Source: Geosiphon pyriformis uo1 (Eukaryota; Fungi; Glomeromycota). From it: 64,000 nucleotides of DNA. The position numbers and the translations under genes are program-made. Every line of letters begins with the position of its first letter. Position 1 is the stretch's first letter. Where the stretch lies: positions 372,001 through 436,000 of the forward strand of contig JAAOMT010000607.1 in assembly GCA_016748015.1 (NCBI GenBank). Direction: 5' to 3'. The notes beneath the pieces are model-generated. The model saw only the letters and a list, made by a program, of their open reading frames with translations, made no database searches and was not told the DNA's origin. Of this stretch, positions 53,101-64,000 are shown piece after piece.

Positions 53101-56100
53101 TTCCACATTCCTTCATTGAGTAATTGTTCACTGCAAACAAGACATGGTTCATTGTCCCACTTGTCTTGTTTTTTTGGGTAGTCATATTGTTCTCTATGAC
53201 AGGACTTGCAATAGTAATGAGTTCACGTCTAGTAGTCTTCATCTGGCTCTACTCAAGCTCCTATTGAAGACAGTTTTTTCTTACAGTCCTTGCATTTGAG
53301 AGGTATATATAGCGGTTCTTTTATTGGTTCACGTGAATATTTCTTTTCCCAGCCACTAGTTATTTCTTCTGTAGTGGTGGTTTCTTTAGATATGTTTTCT
53401 TCATTTTCTTTCCCTTTTTCCTTGTTCTTTTCTTCCCAATCTAGAATTGGTGGTATTTTACTTTGGTTGTTGTTGGTCCAAGTGTTGATGATGGCTTCCC
53501 AGGTAGGTTCTTCTCTTTGTTTCTTCTTTCCGTTGTTGTTGTTGTTCCAGGCAAGTATTGGTGGCAGTTCGTTGTAATCGACATCAGCTCACAAGACTTG
53601 GTATGCTTCCCAGGTGGGTTTTGCTTTTTCTTTCTTGAATTCGATAAGTGGTATTAATGGTGTAGTGATGGGCTTGAAGTGGCCACATGTGGCTAGTACC
53701 CGTGTGTGTTGACCGTTCTGGCTAAGCTGGAGCTCTTGAGTGTTCCAATCTAGTGTCATATTGGTTTTGGACAGCCAGTCATTCCCAATGAGTGCTTGGT
53801 ATTGAGTGGCTTCCATAACGAGTACTTTGATTGGTACTATGATGCCATTGACTTCTATGAGGAAATCATCAATCTCTCCAATAGGTGTTTTGGTCGCTCC
53901 ATCAGCTGTAATAATCCTGGTGCTGGCAGTGTAATCAACTTGGCAACCTAATTGATCCATGAGTTGTTTTGTGATGATGCTGCCAGTTAATCCACTATCT
54001 AGAATCAGTTTAATAGAGTGATCATCAACTTTTGCATCAGTATACATCATGGTGATGGATTTCTTTTCGAGTGCTGCTCCACTGAACAAAGGTGAATTGA
54101 TGGTTTTTTCCAATTCGAAAAGAAAAATGGCTGCGAGAGATTTGTTTTTGGCGACCATTGCTGGTGGAATATTGTTGGGGAGTGTTGTTTGGAGTTGGTT
54201 GGATTCCAAGTTGTTGGTGGTGGTGTCTTCTGGGGTAACCAGGAGACTTAAATAGTTCTGGGAATTCAGGTTTTGGGTGGAACTGGTACCCAGATTTCAC
54301 TGTTGAGAGCCTAATGGTTGGTGAGAGGAGCTGGGAATTGGTTGATAAACAACCATTGCTGATCTCCAATTTTGAGTGATTCTAGGTCTTGGGTTTCCTG
54401 ATGTCATTTGAGTGGAGTTTTGGAGTGGTGTTTAAATTGGTTGTTGGGGCTGATAAATTATTTGGGACTACAGCTGATAAATTACTGGTGGCTGTGGTTG
54501 ATAAATTGAAGATTGATATACTTGTAGTTGATAGATTGGTTGCTGCATCATTGGCAGGTAAGTGGTTTGATATTGGTCTTGATTTGGGTAGTGATTCTGA
54601 GTCTGAAATCTGTGATCGGGATTTCAATATTGATTTTCCAATCATGAATTGTTGCTATAAAATTGACAGTCGGCTCTAATGTGATTTTGTTTATCATAGT
54701 TGTGGCAAACATGCATTTCTGGCTGCCATAACTGATTGGGTAACAATGATGACAATGATGTTAATGGACATGGCTGATTTTGGAAACAATTTGTGTTTCC
54801 TAAATTATTGCATCGTTGTGATAGTTAATAGATTGCTCAATTGTCAGCTAAGTATCCCTCTAATTTCTGATTGATTGTATTACTGAATTGTTTTAGTTTG
54901 GAATCCAAATCAGATGATCTGTTCATCACTAAATTTACAGCTTGGGTGTAGTTGGCTTCTAGCTTGGCTGCTTCAAAATCTCTAGCATGGGTAATGGCAG
55001 TTGGGAGGTTAACTGGATGCATTGAACATATTCGCTAAAGAATGCTACTGCACAATACTCTGATGAACTGGTTCAAGATCTGTGGTGCTGTAAAGTAATC
55101 AGCTTGGATTACCTGAATTTGGCGCAGATTTCTATGGAAGTGTCCCAAGTAAGTGGTGACTGCTTCTGTGTTCCCTTGTTTGATGGTGGTGAATGTGTTG
55201 GTCAAGCAATTAATACTATTGTTATTACTAAAGTATCTCAAAAATTCTGTTTTGAACTCATTGAAAATTTGTGATTTGGCAGCTAGGCTCTGATACCATG
55301 AGTCGGCAGTATCTTTGAGAAAATAGGGGATCACTTGAAGAGCTCTACTGTCATTCCATCTGTTGGCCACTATGGCTTTTTCAATGTTGTTAAGCCATAT
55401 TTGGGCGTCATCTTCTTTGCCGGTAAAATTGTCAAGTTTTGCAATTGGTGCGTAGGCCATTGGATCTAAGTTGGGTTGTTGGAGTGATAGTTGAAGTGAC
55501 AATTGTATGGGTTTGGCTATTGGATTAATTGGTGGTTAATCGATGATGATTATTGAAGGTAAGTTTTGTTGATTTATTAAATTGGGATTTTAATTATCCT
55601 GAGTTGGCAGTGTTTGAATATTTGGAGTTTTGATTTCCAGATTTTCTGGATTTAGATTTTGCTGGGTTTGAAGATTTGGGGTTTCAAATTCCAGGTTTTC
55701 AGTGATCAGATTTTGGTAAGTGAATTCTTGATCTTCAGCTTCTTTTTCTTCCTCTTCTTCTGATTCCGTTACTTCCCACAAATCAGAAATTCCGAAATCT
55801 GGGGGAGGCAGTGGCGATTGGAGTCCTGATGACATTGATGATCACAAGTTAAATCCTTCAAAATATGTGCCATATGGTCCTAATAACTCTGCTTTTCTTT
55901 GTTTACTTTGGAATGGGAATCGTCCAAATGCTGATGTTGTGTTTGATGTGACCATGCCAATAGATGTAATATTAATGGTGCTTCTGGGTGTATAGTAATA
56001 TGATAGATTAGTTGGGGACTCAACTTTTGTTTTCTTCTAAGTAGGTGGTTGTTTTTTTTTGGGTGTTACTGCTAGTGTTTGTAGTTTTCCTTTGTCTTTG

Positions 56101-58278
56101 TTTGTGTAAGTAATGGGGTATTTTTGCTATGTGTGGTGTTCAATTTCTTTGTTGATTTCCATGATGATGGAGGCGAAATTATGATTTGTTGACAGGTTGG
56201 TATTTTGAATTAATTTACTGTAAAAAACTTTTCTTGCCGATTCAATATTTACTGGTGTTCTTAACAGATAGGCAATTTTTTTGTTGACATAGAAATTGAA
56301 AGCTGATTTTACTAATATGTGGTTGTGATTTAATCCCAAATGTTGACAGTAGTGTTGAAATAAGGATTTTGCAAATCCTAGATGGTTTGCTTCTATGTTT
56401 TCTGATTTTGCCACTTTTAGATTTGTGTTAGTGCTGGTTCTCTGTAGGATTATATCTCACAGGGAGCACCAAATGTTACAGGTGACTATTTCTGGTGTTG
56501 GATTAAGTAACAAATCTGTAATTTGGTGCTCAAATCTAGTTGCAGTTGATAGTGATCTGAAGGTTTGTGTCTGAAGGGTTTGTATTTAAAGGGTTTGGTT
56601 GAGTTCTTTGTATAATAGACAGAGATTCAATGGTAATAGTTTTATTCATAGCTTTCTGAAACTGCAGTTTTGTCAATTCCTTTCTCAGCTTAATAGCTGG
56701 TATTTCTCCTGGTAAGCTATCTTCAATCAAGTGTTTTGCTCTTATTTCTGGGTCTTTTACCAGTCATGTTTATCTTGATGTCAGTACTCCATGCATTAAT
56801 CCTCAATAGAGTTAGTAAACAACAATAAAATCAAAACAAGAAATAAAAAAAATAAAGAAAATAAAGAAAGAAAAGAAATAAGCTAAGGTAATTTGCAAGT
56901 TAGTTTTTCGTCAATAGCCATTATCAAGAGCTATTGTTCCAGTATGGTTAAGTATTAATTACTATCAACATGAAGTGTTGATAGTGGCAGCAGATTTGAG
57001 ATAACAAACAGTTATTTATTTGTGGTTTTTGGAAAGTTGTTTAGATAAAATCTAAACTGAGAGGTCTGTCTTTTTAGCTTCTAATCCTATTGCTATATAT
57101 ACATAATTGAGATTCCTCAATTCCTCAATTTTTCACAACAAGAATCCTGCAATTTCTTGTGAGAATCTTGTAATTCTTAGAATCCTGCAATTCCTAAAAA
57201 GAATCCTGAAATTCTACATTTTACTATGTCTACTTCTGATTGGTTAATAACTATGTTAATATATATTTCCTATATTTCTATAAGTAACAATAAACATTTT
57301 CTCAGGACCAGTAGTACTGCAGTGTCCAGTAATTTTAGGCATTTTGTGCATGGTGTTTTCCAATCTGTTCACTGTGCATGCTGAGAAGTTGGTTCTGGTT
57401 TCTGGGTCTTGGTGGATAGTCTGTGTGCTGATGTTGATTGGTCTAAATCTTCTTTGGTGTGGCATCCAGACTTTCATTTGGCTGCTGGTTTCACTAGTGC
57501 TCAGACTGCTGGCTTTTGGACATATTTTATAAAGGCTTTGCATTATCGTCTTCCAGTTGCTGTGTGTAAGTGTCTTTATAATAGGAGTTACCCCAGTGTG
57601 GTTTGTCTGTTTTGTGGCGATGTTGAGATTTCAGACCATGTGTTTTCTTGCCCATTTGATGCTGCTGACTGTGCTTGATTGGTGGAAGTACCTACATCTG
57701 CTTGGGAGACACACTTGGGTTTATTTCACTCTTCTTCATATGTTTTGTAGTTGCTTTCTACTTGCATATCAAATGTTAGTGTTGGTACAGCTCTGTGTAA
57801 GAGCTTTGTTTTCAGGGAGTGGTATCATAAATATGTTGCTGTTTTTAAAGACTCCAAGATGGTGGCTCAGAATATTATAGCCTTTGTGCATGAGTTTTGT
57901 CTTGTATTTTATGATGATATTTGGCTGGTGCATGCTAAGCACTAGGCTGTTATGGAGAAAAGTGGCATAATCTTACATAATGGCTCTGTTCCTACTTTTA
58001 TCTCTGGTTTTTTTTTAGTGCTTTCAGCTGGTATGGTTAGATTGTTAGGTATTGCAAATGCATTTGGTGTCAGTTTTGGGTTTCATAAATCTTGTTTATT
58101 TTTTTCAGGTTTAGGTGACATGGTTTCAGTACACATAAGTGCCTAGTGTTGTCTTGACTAGCTTGAGTAACTGGTTACATATAGAGAATATATGATTCAC
58201 ACCTAGTTTAAATCACTTGTATAATGTATTGTACTAGGCAGTATTTAAACTTCATTCATTAATATAATAAAAAAAAAA
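47142..58278 (+). mobile_element. LINE3: 5'-truncated LINE (end of ORF1 47198-47523; ORF2 47520-58146), interrupted by Gypsy C
   Basis: Poly(A) tail at ~58269-58278, TSD about AAAATTA (47135-47141 / 58279-58285), RT AFVDD at ~49821. ORF2 resumes at 57294. Confidence 0.9.
51354..57289 (-). mobile_element. Ty3/Gypsy element C, internally deleted (no RT/RH/IN), nested in LINE3
   Basis: LTRs 56474-57289 (5') and 51354-52198 (3'), TSD ATGA(51350-51353)/ATAA(57290-57293), PBS 56473-56457, PPT 52199-52213. Gag, protease and Cys-rich fragments are present; the dUTPase start is fused to the ORF3 tail at ~52340. Confidence 0.94.
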
Positions 58279-58639
58279 AAAATTAAACTATTTTCTTATA
58301 TAATATAAAATATATATATTAAAATAATAAAAAATATATGTAATATTTTTGTAATTAATATAAAATATAAATTTTTTACATATAATTAACACAATTAAAT
58401 ATAAAATTTTATAAATTTTTTTTTTTAAAAAAATATTAATAATATAATACAAACTATTTATAATCATTAAAAATATAGATCAGTTCAAAATTTTAAATGA
58501 TTTTTATATGTTTTTATTTATATAATTAAATTTTATTGGTTAATATACATGTGTTTTTAATATATTATTTATAATAAAAAATAAAATTTTATATAATATA
58601 AAACCAAATACAGTATTACAAAATTTAAATATTATTTAA

Positions 58640-60500
58640 TTTATCTAATTTTTTAAAAATATTATTTGGAATTTTTTTATGAGATTTATACTTTTTTATA
58701 ACATATTCTACTAATTTTTTACTAAGACTTTTCTATAAAGATTTATATAATACTAATATTTTCTTGAAAATTGTTTAATAGTTATTAAAAATATTGATTC
58801 AAAACTTTTAGGCACTGTTTTTTGTAATTTTTTCCATAAATAATTGTATTTGTTATGTGTATATCTTTTAGCAGCTCTCCAATATCTTTTAATAAAATTT
58901 AATTTACAATGAAATTTTGGAAAAAAAATGTATTTATGTCTCATACTTTTGATTAATTCTTTAATTGCATTTTTTTGAGTAAAAAAATCAGATTTCAAAG
59001 ATATTACTTGACATGCATAATAAAAAACTCTTGAAAAATCTTTGATTTTTTTTGCATTTTTGGTATTCTAATACTAATTTTTTTGATAGCCATTTTCTTT
59101 GTTCTATTAATACTTGTTTAATTTTTTTAGGCAATTTTCAAAGTTTTTTATCTAAATATGTTTCTAGAAAGATTATTAATTGTAATTAATTATCTAATCC
59201 AAAAAAAGTATCTTGCATTAATAATTGCTTTCCATTTAGACTTAAATTCATTCTGCTTGCAATTAAAACATCTTTACTAAATACTGCATAATTAAAACTA
59301 TTATTGAAAGCAAATATGACTGTACAATTTGGATATAATTTTTTAAAAATTGTAATTGTTTTATATTTAATTTGTTTAAGAAAATAGTCTGCTGTTTAAT
59401 AACTATCTTAATTTATACTAGATTACAAATAGCATTATGTCTTTTCTAGTATATTAGAATAGTTTTCTATATCATTTTGTTGTAAATATAAACATCTATT
59501 AATTTTAGTTAGAAATTCACTGACCATGATTAATCTTTTATTTTTTTTTTTAGTGGCAAATTTTTATATTTAGCCTATATGCTATATTTGTTATTATTTA
59601 AATAAAAAATACATTTATTATGGATTACAAGAACTCTTTTTTTCTCTCTATTAAGTAAATTAGAACATATTTAATTCATAAATTCACTTTTATACTTTGA
59701 CATATACTTTTTATGATTATATATTTTATCTAAAAATTCTTTTCAAGATTACAAGATGTCATTTCTTTTATGTCTATTATAATATAAGTCTTAATAATAT
59801 TGTTGGAATAAATAATCAAGAATTTTAAGTCATTTTACTGCAGTCATAAGACTAATAGTTTTTTCTTTCATTATTCTAATATTAGAAAACAATTTATGCT
59901 TAATGAATTTTTTAAATATGACTGAAATGACATTGAAGTTTTGGTTTTTAATCCAAATATGACATCTTTCTACAATGTTTTTATTATCAATTATTGTAAT
60001 TGTTTTTTGGTGTTTTCTATGTTTTAATGTTAAAAACTTATCATTAAGCAACCAATACTTTACAAAATATTAAATTCTTCATGTTTTCTATACATTATCA
60101 TCAATAAAAATCTTTTGGGCAATTTTCAAACTGGCATTAATTTTTTCATGCATTATTATTATTTAACAAGATAAAATATTCAAAAATAACTCTTTTTTGA
60201 TTATATTCAAAAACAGTTAATTAAGCATGTTGTTTTTTTAAATGTTCTTTTAACTTTTGTCCTTTTTTTATTTGACTAATATATAAATCAACCTCACTTT
60301 TTGAATTGCTTGAAGATTCATTAAATTTAAATCATTGTAAATCTGTAGTTTGAGTATTACTAATATTAAAGAAAGTAGTAATTTTTTTAGTTTTGACTGC
60401 TGCTTTAATGAATAAACTATTTGGTCTATATTTATTATAATAAGTTGACTTTAGTATTTTTTTTGTCATATAAAAGCCTCACTTTTTTTTTAGATGATTG
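58640..60500 (-). pseudogene. IS630/Tc1/mariner-type transposase pseudogene (right-arm copy, including the N-terminal part)
   Basis: HKYIFFPKFHCKLNFIKRYWRAAKRY (58753-58998), the mirror of 1-1060, plus upstream fragment 59830-60051. The upstream limit is approximate and TIRs were not identified. Confidence 0.72.
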
Positions 60501-61759
60501 TTATTTTTCTATATTAAACTGAGTTTTTTTAATTTTCTATTTATTTTAATTGTGGCTTTTATATCTTTTGTATCATTTTATCTACTGTTATTATCATCAC
60601 TTCACTTTCTATTATTAACATCCAGTCTGTTAAATTTATTTACTTCAATATTATAATCATTTATTGAAGTAATATGATGTGTTTTTTTATATGATTTTTT
60701 TGTATTTCTAACTTGATCTTTAGCTTTTTTTTTCTTAAAAATAAAGTGGCATTTTTTATGTAATACAATGTTAATTTAGTGTGTAATTGGTGCTTAGACA
60801 GAATTAAAAAATTTGAACTATGTAATGTTATACAACAAAATTGTATCACAATGGAAATAACATTTTTAATTCAGATATATATCTATTCTTTAAATCTCTT
60901 TGGTTCTAATTTAAACTTTAATTTCTGTTTTGTAGTTCTGAATAAAAAGCAATCAAAAAAAGCTCCTTTGGTATTCATCAAAAAAAAATTTTTATTGGGA
61001 TTGGAAAAATCATCTGAACCAAAAATTCAGATAATATCAATAAAAATAGTTACTACAAAAATTTCTTCGACTTATGACAAGAAATTTGGACAAAAAAGTC
61101 TAACATTAACAAATAAACAATCAACTTAAAAGAAACCCAATTTTCAAATTAAAGTTGATTCTTTAGAGCTGATAAAAGATTTATTGCAAATGATTATTAA
61201 TTAAAAAGATAGTAGATAAAGATATTTGAAATAGATTTTAATTTTAATATTACAGCTTAATTGTAACCTCTTATTTTCATATTTAGTGGTTGACAATATG
61301 CCAAATTATTTATGAATTTACCATTCAAAAAAAAATATCCAGAATATTATGATGTGATTAAAGAGCCAAAATTCTTAAACATAATTAAGATTGGTACTAT
61401 GCACTTTTTTCCCATTGGTTACTTAATACTTGACATATGTTTTCTACATTATATTAATAGAAAATTTGAAAAAATTATTATTTATTTATGAATTTAATCA
61501 GAACTTGCAATTGATTTCGAAAATGCAATGTATTTTAATAATAATTCACACATTTTTAAAGATGTCAAATTCTTACAAGTAAAAAGTTTATTAGGTTTTT
61601 ACAAAAAAATTTGGGTTTTATCTATTTGAACTAATATGTTTTATATATTTTTTGCATTAAAACAAACTTGTTAGAAAATATACAACACTAACAAAAAAGA
61701 GCTATTCAAGATTATAAGCTTTAAGACAACTTCAGTTCTCTTAATTAAAATAAAACCAA

Positions 61760-64000
61760 TGTTACTAGTAGAATTTTAGCTATTAATTAGCAGGAAATTA
61801 CTCTTATAATTCTTATTATTAATTAGCATATATGATTATCATTTCAATTATTATTATTATTTAATCAAATTAGCAATTATTATTACTCAACCAATAACCC
61901 AATTTGTATCATAGAAATTAAAATGATCAAATTACACAATACTTTGAACCATTTAACATAGTCAAAATTCGCCGAAATTAATAAAAATTGGCCGAAATAA
62001 TTAATAGTTCAGTGAAAATAACTTGTAGTTTGCCAAAATATAGCTTTAGTTTGCTGAAATTAGAGCAAAAAGAAAAGTGCAAGTTTAAAGACTAGTACTA
62101 CAACAAGTTGTATAAAAGAAAAGCTTCTTTTTTCAAGAAAATGTATTTTTTCCATATTTTATCATAGTATCTTACTTTAGATATCTTAATTGAAACAAAT
62201 CACTTTTTACAAAATCAAATAAAAATTAAAATATTCAAAAACCAAATTCTTAAATTATTATATTTGAAATTCTCTCAACACAACTAATGTTTTGAAATTG
62301 ATTAGCTACCAATTTCAATAAACTGTTAGTGACTCCAGATCTGAATAGAAAACGTTTCCCTTAACAAAATTCTATTTCTTTTATTTTTCTTTTCTTTTTT
62401 TATCATAATCATTAGAATAGTCTATAGATAAGATTCCTGTAGAAGAGTTGACTTTTACAGCTAAGTAATTACAAATTTTTAGTGAGCTTTCAGATGAGCA
62501 ATTCCTGAAAAAGAGTTGATGTTTACTACAATGTAACTACATAAAGTAACTGGCACAGAATTGGCCATTTCACTTATAAGCTCAGCAGTTCAAATTATAG
62601 GAGATAATTTGAAGATAAATTCAGTTACTGGAGGTTCAACTACTTCCTGAAAACGTGAATTCACAGCAAACAAACATTAACAACATTTGAGAAAAGAGAC
62701 CAAAAACCTCTGGTAACATTTGGTGCTCTTCTACAGAAACAACACAGCAATAACAATTTCAAAGTGGCAACCACACCAGAGACAGCAACTCTAGAGTATT
62801 ACCAGTCAATTTACACCCATTGCAAGCAAAGATTTGACATTTCAGATGGAATTGAAATTGTTAAAAGAACACTTTACCTGTATATTGAAAACTACATTAA
62901 CAATTATCTTCTTGGAAATTACAACATTTCAGAAGTTAGAAGCAATCTCTACAATAATTTAGTACACTATTTACAATTGGGAATTGAAAATCTTAACATC
63001 AACTTCCAAAAACTCAATTTCAACATTATCCAGTATTGTGAAAAAAATTATCCAGTATAGTCTAAATACTCTATTAACTTTGAATTGGAAACAGAAACAA
63101 ACAACAAAAGCAAACAAAAACTAAAGCAACATTCAAGTACTACTCTAAACATTCCAAGGGCACCAAAGATAACTGCCAAACACTTGCAAACTCCAGAACA
63201 AAGAACCAGCACCAAACTTCCACTTTCAGTCACCTCATTTCCAATTTTATTTGCTCAACCACAGACACCAAACTCATTTCTTATTTAATTTTCAAGACCA
63301 GAAGATTTCACTTTACCAAAAAGCCTTATTCAACAGCAGAAACCAATATCAACTAGCACCAATATTATTGATTACTTACAGGAAAACGAAAATAATTATT
63401 CAGAAAGCTTAGAAAGTGAAGAAACTGAGTCAAAACAAGAAAAAACCTCTAAAAATAAAGAAGAAATGGCAATTGCTTATATTGCAAAAATTCCTGAATT
63501 CATTGATAAAGACAATAATACCAGTTCACAAGAATGGCTTGATAAAGTCCAGAAAGCAGGAGATGCAAATGGATGGAATACAGCAAGAATGTTAAAAACT
63601 ATTCCATACTTTCTCCAAGGAACAACAGAAGAATAGTTTGAGAACTTAACTGAACTCTTTGAAAACTGGCAAGCATTCAAAAATGTTTTCTTGCAACAAT
63701 TTACTGACAACAACATCTCTATCACTCTTTGAAATCGCTTTTGCAATATTAAACAAGAACCCAGTAAATCAGTTATAACCTACTTAGAAAAGTTCAACAA
63801 ACTTCTTAGAAGAATTCACCAATTAGAAACCAATAAATACTATTCGGATGCCCAAATTTTGAATCAATTTATTGCTGGTTTAAAAGACAAACTCATTAAG
63901 AAAGTTTGTCTACATGCTCCAAAAGATCTAACCACTGCCATTTGACATGCAAAGAACTATAAAATGGCAATGGAAGAAGCAAACCACACCAAACTTGTGA
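61760..64000 (+). mobile_element. Ty3/Gypsy element D (divergent family): 5' LTR 61760-62718, PBS, and gag truncated by the window end
   Basis: TGTTAC at 61760, GGTAACA at 62712-62718, then TTTGGTGCTC. Gag capsid-like MAIAYIAKIPEF..WLDKVQKAGDANGWN..IPYFLQG is similar to A-C. The LTR start is inferred without the partner LTR. Confidence 0.82.

Larger units (their letters stand above)
18669..59687 (-). repeat. Right arm of the inverted duplication, expanded by three LINEs and two LTR elements
   Basis: Same collinear blocks as the left arm. Each directly inserted element is bounded by a TSD that occurs once in the left arm; Gypsy C is nested in LINE3. Confidence 0.92.

Noticed and set aside
56536-56730. 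Protein-coding ORF inside the LTRs (MIEDSLPGEIPAIKLRKELTKLQF...)
   Set aside because: The nucleotides are conserved among A, B and C, but indels between families are not multiples of three (10, 9 and 12 nt between shared anchors), so an RNA-level constraint is more likely.
60779-61400. Possible decayed host gene (weak F-box-like LIPLELI pattern near 61155)
   Set aside because: Low-complexity AT-rich frames with stops and no convincing motif or splice model.

Overview
AT-rich eukaryotic DNA with short GT-AG introns, no prokaryotic operons, and about 85% decayed transposons. The element types resemble those of early-diverging fungi (Mucoromycota/Glomeromycotina); this is inference and was not verified. 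Removing the insertions shows that most of the window is one interrupted inverted duplication (palindrome). The left arm is <1-17276, the spacer is 17277-18668, and the right arm is 18669->59687; each ancestral arm is at least 7 kb and runs off the window start. The centre is a CpG-retaining island with two head-to-head copies of a spliced gene encoding a PD-(D/E)XK-like (restriction-endonuclease-fold) protein, separated by a 43/56-bp minisatellite. Both arms share an ORF1-only LINE derivative and an IS630/Tc1/mariner-type transposase pseudogene. After duplication the arms were invaded independently: Ty3/Gypsy element A went into the left arm; three APE-RT-RNaseH LINEs and Gypsy elements B and C went into the right arm. 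Each target-site duplication can be read against the empty site in the other arm. A fourth Gypsy (D) starts at 61760. The Gypsy family has unusual features: Gag-PR-(Cys-rich domain)-dUTPase-(degenerate dUTPase-like)-RT-RH-IN plus a conserved extra 3' ORF, a U5 sequence that base-pairs over the PBS, a conserved AAAGTGGCA where Gag begins with no ATG, and in element A a 10-bp-period enhancer array that reconstructs to ACGCG(T) boxes. All TE copies are inactivated by C>T/G>A transitions. No rRNA, tRNA or CRISPR array was found. All alignments were done by eye.
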